64,000 bases of DNA from Candidatus Omnitrophota bacterium (GTDB taxonomy: Bacteria > Omnitrophota > Gorgyraeia > Velamenicoccales > JABMQK01). How positions within the stretch are numbered: position 1 is the first letter of the stretch; each line of letters begins with the position of its first letter. Both the position numbers and the translations under genes were made by a program. The DNA is taken from positions 326,032-390,031 of the forward strand of contig JAQTSV010000001.1 of NCBI GenBank assembly GCA_028711115.1, given 5' to 3'. Under the pieces are notes generated by a model that did not search any database, had not been told where the DNA came from, and saw only the letters and a list, made by a program, of their open reading frames with translations. Below, piece after piece: positions 16,671-26,026 of this stretch.

Positions 16671-18573
16671 AGTCATAACTGCAATTGTCAGGTTTGTCCC
16701 GATAGGCTTTAGCATTTTTATTATAAGGACGCAAGGTGCTTTGGCGTTTTATTTACTGAGAAGAAAAAGAAGCATCGCCTATAAAAATTTAAAGATCGCC
16801 TTTCCGCACTATACCTGCGACAAAATCAACAGAATAATAAAGCTGGCATTCATGAATTATGCCCAGCATTTTATAGAGATATTTTATTTACCCTGGATGG
16901 ACCAAAGCTATATTGATAGATTTATAGAATTCGACGGGCTGGAAGAGGTTTTAAATGTTATGCAGAATAAAAAAGGCAGTATTTTTTTATGCCTGCACGA
17001 AGGCAGCTGGGAAGTGGGTAATGTAATTTTTTCCCAGGCTTTAAAGGAACACGATTATACGATATTGGCAAGGACGCAGCCCAAGATTCCCTATCTGAAT
17101 CAGCTGCTTAACGAGTATAGGGCAAAGAGAAATTGTAAAATTCTCACCATAGATGACAATCTGCGCCCTATCGTTGAATGTTTGAAAAAGGGTTTATCTG
17201 TGGGCATGGTCGCAGACCACGGCGCGCAAGGAGGGATATTCGTTGATTTCTTCGGCAGGCCGGCACTTACTCCTACCGGTGCAATGAAGCTGGCCTTAAA
17301 ATTAGATACCAATCTGTTTTATGGCTTTATAAAAAGGCAAAAAGGCGGCCGCCATAAAATTACCATTCGTCCTTATAATTTGGTTAGGACTGAAGATGCG
17401 GATAAAGATTTAAAACTAAATCTTGAAAACATAAATCGTAAATATGAGGAATTTATCAGCGAGTCGCCGCAGGAATATTTATGGTTTTTTAAAAGATGGA
17501 AATACTCTCCCCAGAGAAATATTCTGGTACTCAGCGATGGTAAACCAGGCCACCTGAAACAATCTTTAGCTGTTTTGGATCTGATAAAAACCCTGCCTTT
17601 TCAGGTAAAATCCAATTTGGTAGAGATAAAGTTTAAAAATAACTTGCAGAAATTAGCTTTCAATATTTGTGCGTTCTTTTTCAGCAGCAGCTGCCAGGGC
17701 TGTATGCAATGTTTACGCCGCTTATTAGATCCTGATGATTCCCGAAAGCTTTTATCTAGTTATTATGATGTAGTTATATCCTGCGGTTCCGGTTTATCTA
17801 TGTTAAACAGGCTGGTCGCTTTCGAAAATATGGCCAAGAGCATTATAGTGATGAAGCCGGGGATGTTCAGTTTAAAAAGATTTGATCTGGTAATTGTTCC
17901 GGAGCACGACGATGTCATAAAACTCAGCAATTTAGTCTTGATAAAAGGAGCTTTGGCAGGAAGAATAGACAGCCATAAAGAGCGCATAGACACAATAATC
18001 AATGATAATAAATTGAATAATCCGCCGCTGTCTCGTCCAGTGATAGGGCTGTTACTGGGCGGAAGCAACAAATATTTGTTTTTAGATAAGGACACGGTGG
18101 CAAAAACGATGGATTCGCTGGATGATTTTGTAGATGAGATCGGCGGCTCTGTTTTGGTATCTACTTCCAGAAGAACAGGCAGAAATATAGAGCAGTTTTT
18201 GAAGGAGAGATTGGTCACAAGGCCAAAATATAGAATGCTGATTATTGCCAGCGAGCACAATCCCCCTGGTTCGCTGGAGGCAATTTTACATTTAAGCGAC
18301 ATCCTGGTTGTTTCCGGAGACAGCATCTCGATGGTGTCTGAAGCCGTCAATTCAGGAAAACATGTAGTGGTCTTTAGATTAAATAGAAAAATACCAGTCT
18401 ACTTATCCAAACACGAAAGATTTATTGATAATCTTGGTAAAGATGAATATGTTTATGTGGCCTCGGCAGAGAATTTATCAAATATCCTTGCGCATCTGTG
18501 GAAGCATAAACCTTTGATAAGAAAGATTAATGACGAAGAAATTATTTTGGATAGATTAAAACAGATTATCTGA
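16624..18573 (+). CDS. Fusion protein: lipid A late acyltransferase (LpxL/HtrB-like, aa 1-~295) plus an ELM1/DUF1022-type GT-B-like domain (aa ~300-649)
   Basis: N-terminal half: RRKRSIAYKNLKIAFP, LCLHEGSWEV (the HX4E-type acyltransferase motif position), MVADHGAQ, PEQYLWFFKRWK-like end. C-terminal half (from ~nt 17515): NILVLSDGKPGHLKQSLAVLDLI and VIGLLLGGSNKYLFLD are typical of bacterial ELM1-family proteins. It is one uninterrupted ORF. Confidence 0.75.
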   Translation: MKKNSLIDYCLYLIAKVITAIVRFVPIGFSIFIIRTQGALAFYLLRRKRSIAYKNLKIAFPHYTCDKINRIIKLAFMNYAQHFIEIFYLPWMDQSYIDRFIEFDGLEEVLNVMQNKKGSIFLCLHEGSWEVGNVIFSQALKEHDYTILARTQPKIPYLNQLLNEYRAKRNCKILTIDDNLRPIVECLKKGLSVGMVADHGAQGGIFVDFFGRPALTPTGAMKLALKLDTNLFYGFIKRQKGGRHKITIRPYNLVRTEDADKDLKLNLENINRKYEEFISESPQEYLWFFKRWKYSPQRNILVLSDGKPGHLKQSLAVLDLIKTLPFQVKSNLVEIKFKNNLQKLAFNICAFFFSSSCQGCMQCLRRLLDPDDSRKLLSSYYDVVISCGSGLSMLNRLVAFENMAKSIIVMKPGMFSLKRFDLVIVPEHDDVIKLSNLVLIKGALAGRIDSHKERIDTIINDNKLNNPPLSRPVIGLLLGGSNKYLFLDKDTVAKTMDSLDDFVDEIGGSVLVSTSRRTGRNIEQFLKERLVTRPKYRMLIIASEHNPPGSLEAILHLSDILVVSGDSISMVSEAVNSGKHVVVFRLNRKIPVYLSKHERFIDNLGKDEYVYVASAENLSNILAHLWKHKPLIRKINDEEIILDRLKQII

Positions 18574-18574
18574 T

Positions 18575-20653
18575 ATGAACGTATTACACATACTTTCGAA
18601 ATTCGATTCATACGATGCCATAGCCACAACGCGTGACATGGCTACGTATCTTGTCCGTAATGGCTGCAACTGTATGATTGCATCTTCTTTTGACAGCCAG
18701 ATTCTGGATTTAGATAAATCCAATGCCAAATATTGCCAATTGTCTTCATTTGAAACCAATATCAAGGATTTCTTTATTGCCTATAAAAGATTGAAGGAAA
18801 TTATTATGGCCAACAACGTGGATATTGTGCACACGCACTCAATTTTAGGCAACTGGCTTGCATTTTGGGTATGCCGCCATACGGATAGATATTTAATCAA
18901 TAGTTGTTATGATTTTTATTCCAAGAATATTTTTAATTACGGATTGATTTTAGCCAATCAAGTTGTCGTGCATAATGAAGCCGCAGGCAAGCATATCATA
19001 AACAATTTTAATTTACCCATAGAGCGGGTGTGTTTTGTAAAGGGCGGGCTGGATTTGGAAAAATTTAATTTTCAGGGCATTGACCAGCGCTCCAAGACAG
19101 ATTTTAATATCGGCATAATTCCTTCTTTGTTTTCCGACAAGGGGTATGAATACTTCTTTAAAGCCATGGTTAAGGTAGTGCGCAACACCCCCTATTTAAA
19201 AATTTGCGTAATATCCTCGCCTTACTTTAAGAAAAATATCAAGGAGGATTTGGGATTTTGGGCGAGAAGGTTAGGTTTGATTAACTACGTAAATTTCCTG
19301 GATAATCCGGATTCAGATTTTAAGGTTCTATCCAGATTAAATCTTTTGATATTTACTCCCATTAAAGAGAGTGCTTCGACAAGATTAATTATTGAGGCTC
19401 AAGCGTATGGCGTGCCGGTCATTTCTACGCGGGTAGGAGGAGTGGCAGAGGCAATATCAGAGGATAAAACCGGTATTTTAGTGCCTCCCAAGGATAATAA
19501 TGCTTTAGGCAATGCCATAATAAGAATATTGAAGAATTTTCAATTATGCCGGGAAATAACCATTGCGGCACGCAAAAGGATAGAAGAAGAATTTAATTTA
19601 GCGCAGAACTCCGTCGGTTTAATCGACGTCTATAAACAAGTGAAGAACAAAAGAAAAATATTGGTGATTAATATAGGAAAAACCCAGGATGTTGTGTCGG
19701 GCATTCCGGCGTTGCGTATTCTGAGGAAAGAATCCCTCAATACGCAAATAAGCGTTTTGATGCCTTCACATCTAAGATGTTTATTGCAGCGTTGCCCTTA
19801 TATTGATGAATTGATGGTATACGATTATACATCTAAACAAAAAGGTTTATTAGGTTTCAGGGATATTTTGAAATTGCTGATAAGAAAGAGGCCGGATATA
19901 GCCTTTGATTTAAATAATAGCATTATGACACATTTACTGGCATATTCTAGCCTGGCCAATAAAAGGTACGGCTATAGCGACAGGTTTTTAAAGTTTCTCA
20001 TTAATCATAATATGCCACGATTCCATGAATCTTTGGGATTGATAGAAGACAAGTTGGCCATATTGGGTTTATTGGGCATAAATGGCAAAGATGATAAACT
20101 GGAATTATGGCCGTCCCAGGAAGATATGGATTTCGCGGATAATTTTTTGAGAGATAACTGGATAGGCAACGAAAAGATCGTCGGCATAAATATTTCTTTT
20201 AAGAAATTATTCTTTAAAGATTTTAAAACTTTGGATTATTTGGCGTATTTGTGTAACAAATTGGCAGGCAGGCATATGCGGGTTATCCTTATCAGTTCAA
20301 AAGATGATCCTGATATAAAAGATGAATTGTTAAAGAGGACGAGTTCTAAGCCGATTTTCTTAACAAGAACCATCTCGGCTATACAATTAGCCTGTCTCAT
20401 AAAAAAATGCGGTATCTATATAACTTCGGATATCGAGTCTTTATATCTTGCTATTGCGATGAAAGTTTCTTCCATAATGTTGTTAGCGACAAGAAACATA
20501 TTCGACAGCAGGTTATATAAAAATGTTGAGTTGTTGTCCATAAAAGATTTCCGCCTCACTCGGCGCAGAAGACATAAAAGAATGCGATTAGCCCAAGAGG
20601 AGGACACTGATTTGGTGATACAAACAATAAACAGATTAACCCAGACACAATGA
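18575..20653 (+). CDS. Fusion protein: GT4 (GT-B, RfaG-like) glycosyltransferase (aa 1-~355) plus a GT9 heptosyltransferase-like domain (aa ~360-692)
   Basis: N-terminal half: MNVLHIL..., ESASTRLIIEAQAYGVPVISTRVGGVAEAISEDKTGILV (the GT4 E-x7-E region). C-terminal half from ~nt 19650: KILVINIGKTQDVVSGIPALRILRKE (GT9 N-terminal signature). Confidence 0.7.
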   Translation: MNVLHILSKFDSYDAIATTRDMATYLVRNGCNCMIASSFDSQILDLDKSNAKYCQLSSFETNIKDFFIAYKRLKEIIMANNVDIVHTHSILGNWLAFWVCRHTDRYLINSCYDFYSKNIFNYGLILANQVVVHNEAAGKHIINNFNLPIERVCFVKGGLDLEKFNFQGIDQRSKTDFNIGIIPSLFSDKGYEYFFKAMVKVVRNTPYLKICVISSPYFKKNIKEDLGFWARRLGLINYVNFLDNPDSDFKVLSRLNLLIFTPIKESASTRLIIEAQAYGVPVISTRVGGVAEAISEDKTGILVPPKDNNALGNAIIRILKNFQLCREITIAARKRIEEEFNLAQNSVGLIDVYKQVKNKRKILVINIGKTQDVVSGIPALRILRKESLNTQISVLMPSHLRCLLQRCPYIDELMVYDYTSKQKGLLGFRDILKLLIRKRPDIAFDLNNSIMTHLLAYSSLANKRYGYSDRFLKFLINHNMPRFHESLGLIEDKLAILGLLGINGKDDKLELWPSQEDMDFADNFLRDNWIGNEKIVGINISFKKLFFKDFKTLDYLAYLCNKLAGRHMRVILISSKDDPDIKDELLKRTSSKPIFLTRTISAIQLACLIKKCGIYITSDIESLYLAIAMKVSSIMLLATRNIFDSRLYKNVELLSIKDFRLTRRRRHKRMRLAQEEDTDLVIQTINRLTQTQ

Positions 20654-21756
20654 AGATCTTGCATATCACAACCCATTTGAACAGAGGAGGCATAACCAGT
20701 TATTTGGCTTCCTTGGCAATAGGATTAAAAAAGAGAGGCCACAGCGTGACAGTTGCTTCCAGCGGAGGAGACTCACAGGAGTTATTTCTAAAAAATAATA
20801 TCGGGCATTTAAGTATTCCCATACGCACTAAAAAAGAAATCAGCCCTTCGGTATTATTTTCTTATTTTATTTTAAGCAAATTCCTTAAGGATAATCCGGT
20901 AGACATTATTCACGCCCATACCAGGGTAACGCAGGTACTGGCTTGGTCTTTGGCCGGGAGATTCAAAATCCCGCTGGTAACCACCTGTCACGGATTTTTT
21001 AAACCACGCTGGCACAGGAAAAAGTTTGCCTGTTGGGGCAATAAAGTAATCGCCATAAGCCGCCCCGTAAAGGAACACCTTATCCGTGATCTTAAAGTCT
21101 CAGAGGAGAATATTTCTTTAATCCATAATGGCGTAGATTTGGCAAAGTTTAGAGAACATACGCTTGAGGAGATTAATTATTTTAAAAAAGAAATAGGAAT
21201 ACCGGATGGTTCTTTTGTGGTAGGCACTGCTGCCAGGTTTTCTACTGTTAAGGGATTAGAATATTTTATCAAAGCTCTGCCGGCTGTATTAAAGGAAAAC
21301 AAACAGGTTATTTTTTTGCTTCTCGGTTATGGAGAAGAGGAATACAGATTGAGACAAATAGCCAAAGATTTACAGGTGGACAATAGGGTGATTTTCTTCA
21401 GGCCGACAAAAGATACATATGAGTATCTTTGTGTCTTGGATGTTTTTGTCATGCCGTCAATACAGGAAGGGCTGGGGCTTTCTATACTGGAGGCACAGGC
21501 GCAGAGAATACCGGTCATTGCATCGGATGTCGGCGGCATACCGGATATAATAGACAATAGCTTAACCGGAATATTGGTTGAGCCAAAAGATGAATCAGCG
21601 TTAAGCAATGCCATAATAGAATTGATTAAAGATAATAATCTTTATTCAAACATTAAAAATAATGCCTACGACAGGATAGTAAAGGATTTTACCGTTGAAC
21701 AAATGGTCGCAAAGACCGAAGCCGTATACAAGGAGTTATTATGCCGTTTAGAATAG
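20650..21756 (+). CDS. Glycosyltransferase family 4 (GT-B)
   Basis: 368 aa. Motifs: MKILHITTHLNRGGI and PSIQEGLGLSILEAQAQRIPVIASDVGGIPDIIDNSLTGILVEP. Confidence 0.85.
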   Translation: MKILHITTHLNRGGITSYLASLAIGLKKRGHSVTVASSGGDSQELFLKNNIGHLSIPIRTKKEISPSVLFSYFILSKFLKDNPVDIIHAHTRVTQVLAWSLAGRFKIPLVTTCHGFFKPRWHRKKFACWGNKVIAISRPVKEHLIRDLKVSEENISLIHNGVDLAKFREHTLEEINYFKKEIGIPDGSFVVGTAARFSTVKGLEYFIKALPAVLKENKQVIFLLLGYGEEEYRLRQIAKDLQVDNRVIFFRPTKDTYEYLCVLDVFVMPSIQEGLGLSILEAQAQRIPVIASDVGGIPDIIDNSLTGILVEPKDESALSNAIIELIKDNNLYSNIKNNAYDRIVKDFTVEQMVAKTEAVYKELLCRLE

Positions 21757-22574
21757 TCAAAGCAATTTCGGTAACATTGATTATATTGTTATCGCTGGCG
21801 TTAATATTCGGTTTATTCTTAAGGACTAAATATATTGCTCCTGTGCTTATGTATCATTATGTGGTGGATACCCCCGAGGTAAAGAGCGACAAACGTATTG
21901 TCACGCCAAATACTTTTGATAAGCAGATGCATTTTCTAAAGGTGAATAATTATAATGTTATTTCCTTGGAAGAATTTGCCGGCCTCATCAAACAAAATAA
22001 AGAAATGCCCAAAAATACAGTAGTTATTACTTTTGACGACGGACATTTGGATAATTACAAAAACGCTTATCCTATATTGAAGAAATACGGTTTGAAAGCC
22101 ACTATGTTTGTTATTAGCGATTATCTTTCCAAACCGAATTTTCTTACCGAGGGACAGATAAAAGAGATGAGTGATTCCGGATTAATTACCATAGGCAGCC
22201 ATACCCTTACCGAACAATATCTGCCGCATATCGGCGATGAAGTTATGTTAAAGAAAGAAATCTACGATTCCAAGAGGAAATTAGAGGAGATTTTGAATAA
22301 ACCCGTAAATTGTTTTAGCTATCCCATAGGAGGATTTAATAAGAAGATTAGGCAGATGGTTGTCGATGCCGGCTATACGCTTGCAGTTGCAACAAGCCCG
22401 GGGCTCAATTATCCTAATAACGATACCTTTGTTATAAAAAGAGTGAGGATTTCCGAGAATTCAAAGAATTTATTTATTTTCTGGTTTGAGACATCCGGTT
22501 TTTATAAATATCTCCTGGAATTACGCAAGAATTACGAAAACCCGAGAAACAAAAATGACGGATCCGAATCATAG
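21741..22574 (+). CDS. Polysaccharide deacetylase (NodB homology domain, CE4), membrane anchored
   Basis: 277 aa. N-terminal TM segment. VVITFDDGHLDNYKNAYPILKKYGLKATMFV (NodB motifs 1-2), SHTLTE, YPIGG. Confidence 0.85.
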   Translation: MPFRIVKAISVTLIILLSLALIFGLFLRTKYIAPVLMYHYVVDTPEVKSDKRIVTPNTFDKQMHFLKVNNYNVISLEEFAGLIKQNKEMPKNTVVITFDDGHLDNYKNAYPILKKYGLKATMFVISDYLSKPNFLTEGQIKEMSDSGLITIGSHTLTEQYLPHIGDEVMLKKEIYDSKRKLEEILNKPVNCFSYPIGGFNKKIRQMVVDAGYTLAVATSPGLNYPNNDTFVIKRVRISENSKNLFIFWFETSGFYKYLLELRKNYENPRNKNDGSES

Positions 22575-23607
22575 AAGAATCTTGATCGTCGAGGTAAATT
22601 GGATAGGCGACGTTTTGTTTTCTACGGCAGCCATACGTGCTTTAAAGAACAAATACCCGCAGTCTTACATCGGAGTCCTGCTGCATAAGCGCTGCAGTGA
22701 AATCCTGGCAGGCAATCCGTATATAAATGAAATTATTATTTTGGATGAGAAAAACGAACACAGAGGTTTATTCGGTAAATTAAGATTAATACGCCAGTTA
22801 AAATCAAGGCAGTTTGATGCGGTGTATTTATTTCATCGTTCCTTTACACGGGCCTTGATTTGTTTTCTGAGCGGGATAAAGAACCGTATAGGTTACTATA
22901 CTACCAAGAGAAGATTTTTACTGACTGAAAATGTGCATGCCCCGAAAGAAGTAATCCATCGGGCAGTTTATTATTATTATCTCGTGGCCAGGAGTATTCC
23001 GTCTGACCCCAGGTTTCTCCGCTGCGATTTTTCTGTTGCTGATCAGGATATAACTTATGTAAGCAGCCTGTTGCAGAAAGAAAACACTAAGGACAAGACG
23101 CGGCTGGTGGTAATTCATCCCGTGGGCAATTGGTTGCCTAAGCGTTGGCCAAAAGAAAATTTTGCTAAATTAGCAGATGTATTGGTGGATAAATTTGGAG
23201 TCGGCATTATATTTTCCGGAGCTTCACAGGAACAAAATATTATAAATGATATTTTGAGATTGATGAAGAATAAAGCAATAAATCTGTGCGGCAAAACTAC
23301 AATTAAACAATTGGGTGCGCTGTTTATAAAAGCAGACCTGGTTGTTTCTGCTGATTCAGGTCCGCTGCATCTGGCTGTGGCTTTGAATAGGCCTGTTGTC
23401 GCCTTGTTCGGCCCTACCTCAAAAGATATTACCGGCCCCCTGACTCAACAAAACATTGTTTTATTACAGAAAGAAATAAATTGTATTATTCCGTGTTATA
23501 AAGAGAATTGTTCGGATAATCGTTGTATGAAACAGATAAGCGTTAAAGATGTAATAAATGCCATAGAAGAGAAAAAATGGTTAGCGAACGTAAAAGGCAA
23601 GAAGTAA
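22555..23607 (+). CDS. Glycosyltransferase family 9 (LPS heptosyltransferase-like)
   Basis: MTDPNHRRILIVEVNWIGDVLFSTAAIRALK, DSGPLHLAVAL, and a C-terminal Cys cluster CIIPCYKENCSDNRCM. I prefer ATG 22555 over the ORF-track start at 22486. Confidence 0.85.
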   Translation: MTDPNHRRILIVEVNWIGDVLFSTAAIRALKNKYPQSYIGVLLHKRCSEILAGNPYINEIIILDEKNEHRGLFGKLRLIRQLKSRQFDAVYLFHRSFTRALICFLSGIKNRIGYYTTKRRFLLTENVHAPKEVIHRAVYYYYLVARSIPSDPRFLRCDFSVADQDITYVSSLLQKENTKDKTRLVVIHPVGNWLPKRWPKENFAKLADVLVDKFGVGIIFSGASQEQNIINDILRLMKNKAINLCGKTTIKQLGALFIKADLVVSADSGPLHLAVALNRPVVALFGPTSKDITGPLTQQNIVLLQKEINCIIPCYKENCSDNRCMKQISVKDVINAIEEKKWLANVKGKK

Positions 23608-25601
23608 AGAAAATCCTTTTTATCACACTGTCTAATATCGGCGATGTTATTTTAACTTTGCCCAGCTTAGACTATTTGAAGCATAGGTTTAAAGACGCTT
23701 CCTTTACTATTTTGAGCGGTCCTTATGCCTCAAGATTATTCTCCGGCGACCCACGCATTAAAGAAAATATTTCCTATGATAAACACATGCTTTTCAGAAA
23801 GAAACTTACTTTTTTTAACCGCTTAAGAAAGGAAAATTTCGACGTAATTATAGATTTGCGCGATACAGCTTTTCGCTGGTTTGCACAGGCAAAATTTAAA
23901 AATCCCTGCATTATTAATGTGCCAAAGGATATACGCCATTTGAGATTAAGTCATTTATATAAGACTAAGAAAGCATTCAATGATACGACGAGAGTTGAGG
24001 ATATTCGCATTCCTCCAGCGAGCATATATATAGACAGAAAAGCAGAAGATTCGGCAAATAATTTACTTAAGCAATATAGTCTCTCGCTTAATGCAGAATA
24101 TATTGTTGTTTCTCCGGGAGCGCGCAGCCGCACAAAACGCTGGCAGAAGGAAGGATTTATCCAGGTCTGTCGAGAGCTTCTAAAAAACTGCTGTGTAATA
24201 CTTATCGGCGATAAAGACGATGGTGCCATAACGCAGGAAATTAACAGAGAGCTGGATAATCGCTGTATTGATTTGGCGGGGAAGACAGATTTATCAGAAG
24301 TCATGGCGATTTTAAAAAGCGCAAAGTTAGTCATCTGTAATGATAGCGGAATATTGCATATAGCAAGCTACTTCAATAAACCAACTCTGGCAATTTTTGG
24401 GCCGACCGATGAAAATAAATTTGGCCCTTGGTCAGAAATTAGCGCGGTCGTAAGGAAAAATACGATTTGTTCTCCTTGTCAGAAAGACAACTGTACGAAT
24501 GGATACCGTTGCCTGAGAAATATTTCGCCGCAATTAGCAGTGGATTATGCGCATGCGCTTATAGAAGGAAAAATCCCCGCGCCGCCCGTTAATTACAGAA
24601 GAATTTTAATTACCCGCACAGACAGGCTGGGAGATGTATTGCTATCTACGCCTGTAATAAAAAATCTAAGGGATAATCTTCCCGGCGCTTATATCGCTAT
24701 GATGATAAAGTCATCCTTGGAAGATTTATTGAAAGGCAATCCTTATCTGGATGAAGTGATACTTTTTGACAAAAGAGGAAGGCATGCAGGGATTGTTAAC
24801 TCATTTCGTTTTGCCGGAGAGCTGAATAAGAAGAATTTTGACCTGGCTTTAATTTTACATCCCCGGATTAGAGTGCACATTATTTTATTTCTTGCTAGAA
24901 TTAAAGAGCGCATAGGATATGACATAAAGTTTGGGTTCTTGAATACCCGTATTTTAAAACACACAAAGCACCTCGGTGAAAAGCATGAATCAGAATATAC
25001 CCTGGATTTTTTAAGGGAACTGGGCATTGATAAGTTTGATAAGACGATGTTTATGCCTGTTTATAAAGAAGCTGAAGAGTGGGCAGTGAGCTTCTTAAAG
25101 GAGCGAAGGTTATCTGACAACAAAGTTGTATTAATCCATGCCCAGGCCAGTTGCCCGTCGAGATTATGGCCCGATGATTATTATAATCGTTTGATAGAAG
25201 ATATTATAGATATCCACAAGGCTAAAATTATTTATGTAGGAGATTTAAGAGACGAAGGCATAAAAGAAAGCGAAAATATAATTAATATGACCAAAAAGAC
25301 CAGCATTGCGCAGCTGGCGAGTTTAATAAAACACAGCGACCTGCTTATTTCTAATGATTCCGGTCCGGTGCATATTGCAGTGGCTTTGGGCACGCCTGTT
25401 ATTTCCATATTCGGACGCAACCAGCCGGGCTTAAGCCCGAGGAGATGGGCTCATTCAAATGCAAAAAGTGTATTCCTGCATAAAAGTGTGGGTTGCGAAG
25501 TTTGTTTTGCCCACGATTGTAATAAAGGTTTTGCCTGCCTGAAGGCGATTCAACCTCAGGAAGTTTTTGCATACGCCGATAAATTTTTATCAGGCAGTTA
25601 A
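23577..25601 (+). CDS. Tandem double GT9 (two complete heptosyltransferase-like domains in one polypeptide)
   Basis: 674 aa. Domain 1: KKILFITLSNIGDVILTLPSLDYLK, DSGILHIASY, CSPCQKDNCTNGYRCL. Domain 2 (from ~nt 24590): RRILITRTDRLGDVLLSTPVIKNLR, DSGPVHIAVAL, CEVCFAHDCNKGFACL. Confidence 0.8.
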   Translation: MVSERKRQEVKKILFITLSNIGDVILTLPSLDYLKHRFKDASFTILSGPYASRLFSGDPRIKENISYDKHMLFRKKLTFFNRLRKENFDVIIDLRDTAFRWFAQAKFKNPCIINVPKDIRHLRLSHLYKTKKAFNDTTRVEDIRIPPASIYIDRKAEDSANNLLKQYSLSLNAEYIVVSPGARSRTKRWQKEGFIQVCRELLKNCCVILIGDKDDGAITQEINRELDNRCIDLAGKTDLSEVMAILKSAKLVICNDSGILHIASYFNKPTLAIFGPTDENKFGPWSEISAVVRKNTICSPCQKDNCTNGYRCLRNISPQLAVDYAHALIEGKIPAPPVNYRRILITRTDRLGDVLLSTPVIKNLRDNLPGAYIAMMIKSSLEDLLKGNPYLDEVILFDKRGRHAGIVNSFRFAGELNKKNFDLALILHPRIRVHIILFLARIKERIGYDIKFGFLNTRILKHTKHLGEKHESEYTLDFLRELGIDKFDKTMFMPVYKEAEEWAVSFLKERRLSDNKVVLIHAQASCPSRLWPDDYYNRLIEDIIDIHKAKIIYVGDLRDEGIKESENIINMTKKTSIAQLASLIKHSDLLISNDSGPVHIAVALGTPVISIFGRNQPGLSPRRWAHSNAKSVFLHKSVGCEVCFAHDCNKGFACLKAIQPQEVFAYADKFLSGS

Positions 25602-25648
25602 AATATCTAACAAAAACTGTTAATAACAAATGAAAGGAGGGTTGAGTT

Positions 25649-25981
25649 ATGTATATGTTTAAATTCTTGGGAATATTCACGGTGATTCCTGCAACAGTGC
25701 TTTTGGCTATCAGCTTCTTTGTATTGCTTACAGTCTACAAGTTAAAGAAAGGTGGACTCAAGGTTTTCGGACAGGTTATAGCTGTTTTGTTATGGCTTGC
25801 AGCAGCATTGGTTTTTTCTGTAGGGATGTACAGCGTATTGGTTGGCAGGTGTCCGATGAGAGGTCAGATGCCTCATAGAATGGGAGACATGATGATGAAT
25901 CAGCAAATGATGGGAAAACCGATGATGGAGAAACCAATGATGGAAAAGCCGATGATGGAAAAGCAAAAGATGATGAAATAA
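25649..25981 (+). CDS. Small two-TM membrane protein with an extremely Met-rich C-terminal tail (KPMME repeats)
   Basis: 110 aa. SD AAAGGAGGG upstream. Two hydrophobic segments. The tail is CPMRGQMPHRMGDMMMNQQMMGKPMMEKPMMEKPMMEKQKMMK. Confidence 0.65.
   Translation: MYMFKFLGIFTVIPATVLLAISFFVLLTVYKLKKGGLKVFGQVIAVLLWLAAALVFSVGMYSVLVGRCPMRGQMPHRMGDMMMNQQMMGKPMMEKPMMEKPMMEKQKMMK
25916..25960 (+). repeat. In-frame 15-bp tandem repeat x3 (aaaccgatgatggag / aaaccaatgatggaa / aagccgatgatggaa) encoding KPMME
   Basis: Read directly. A fourth degenerate unit, aagcaaaagatgatg, follows at 25961-25975. Confidence 0.9.
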
Positions 25982-26026
25982 TAAGGAAGTTTTAAGGTAA
26001 GAACAACTAATCGCCATAGACTTTCG

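Noticed and set aside
25916-25975. 15-bp tandem repeats considered as a possible mini CRISPR or satellite.
   Set aside because: There are no spacers, the repeats are contiguous and in-frame, and they encode KPMME within a well-supported ORF. I report them as a coding repeat instead.
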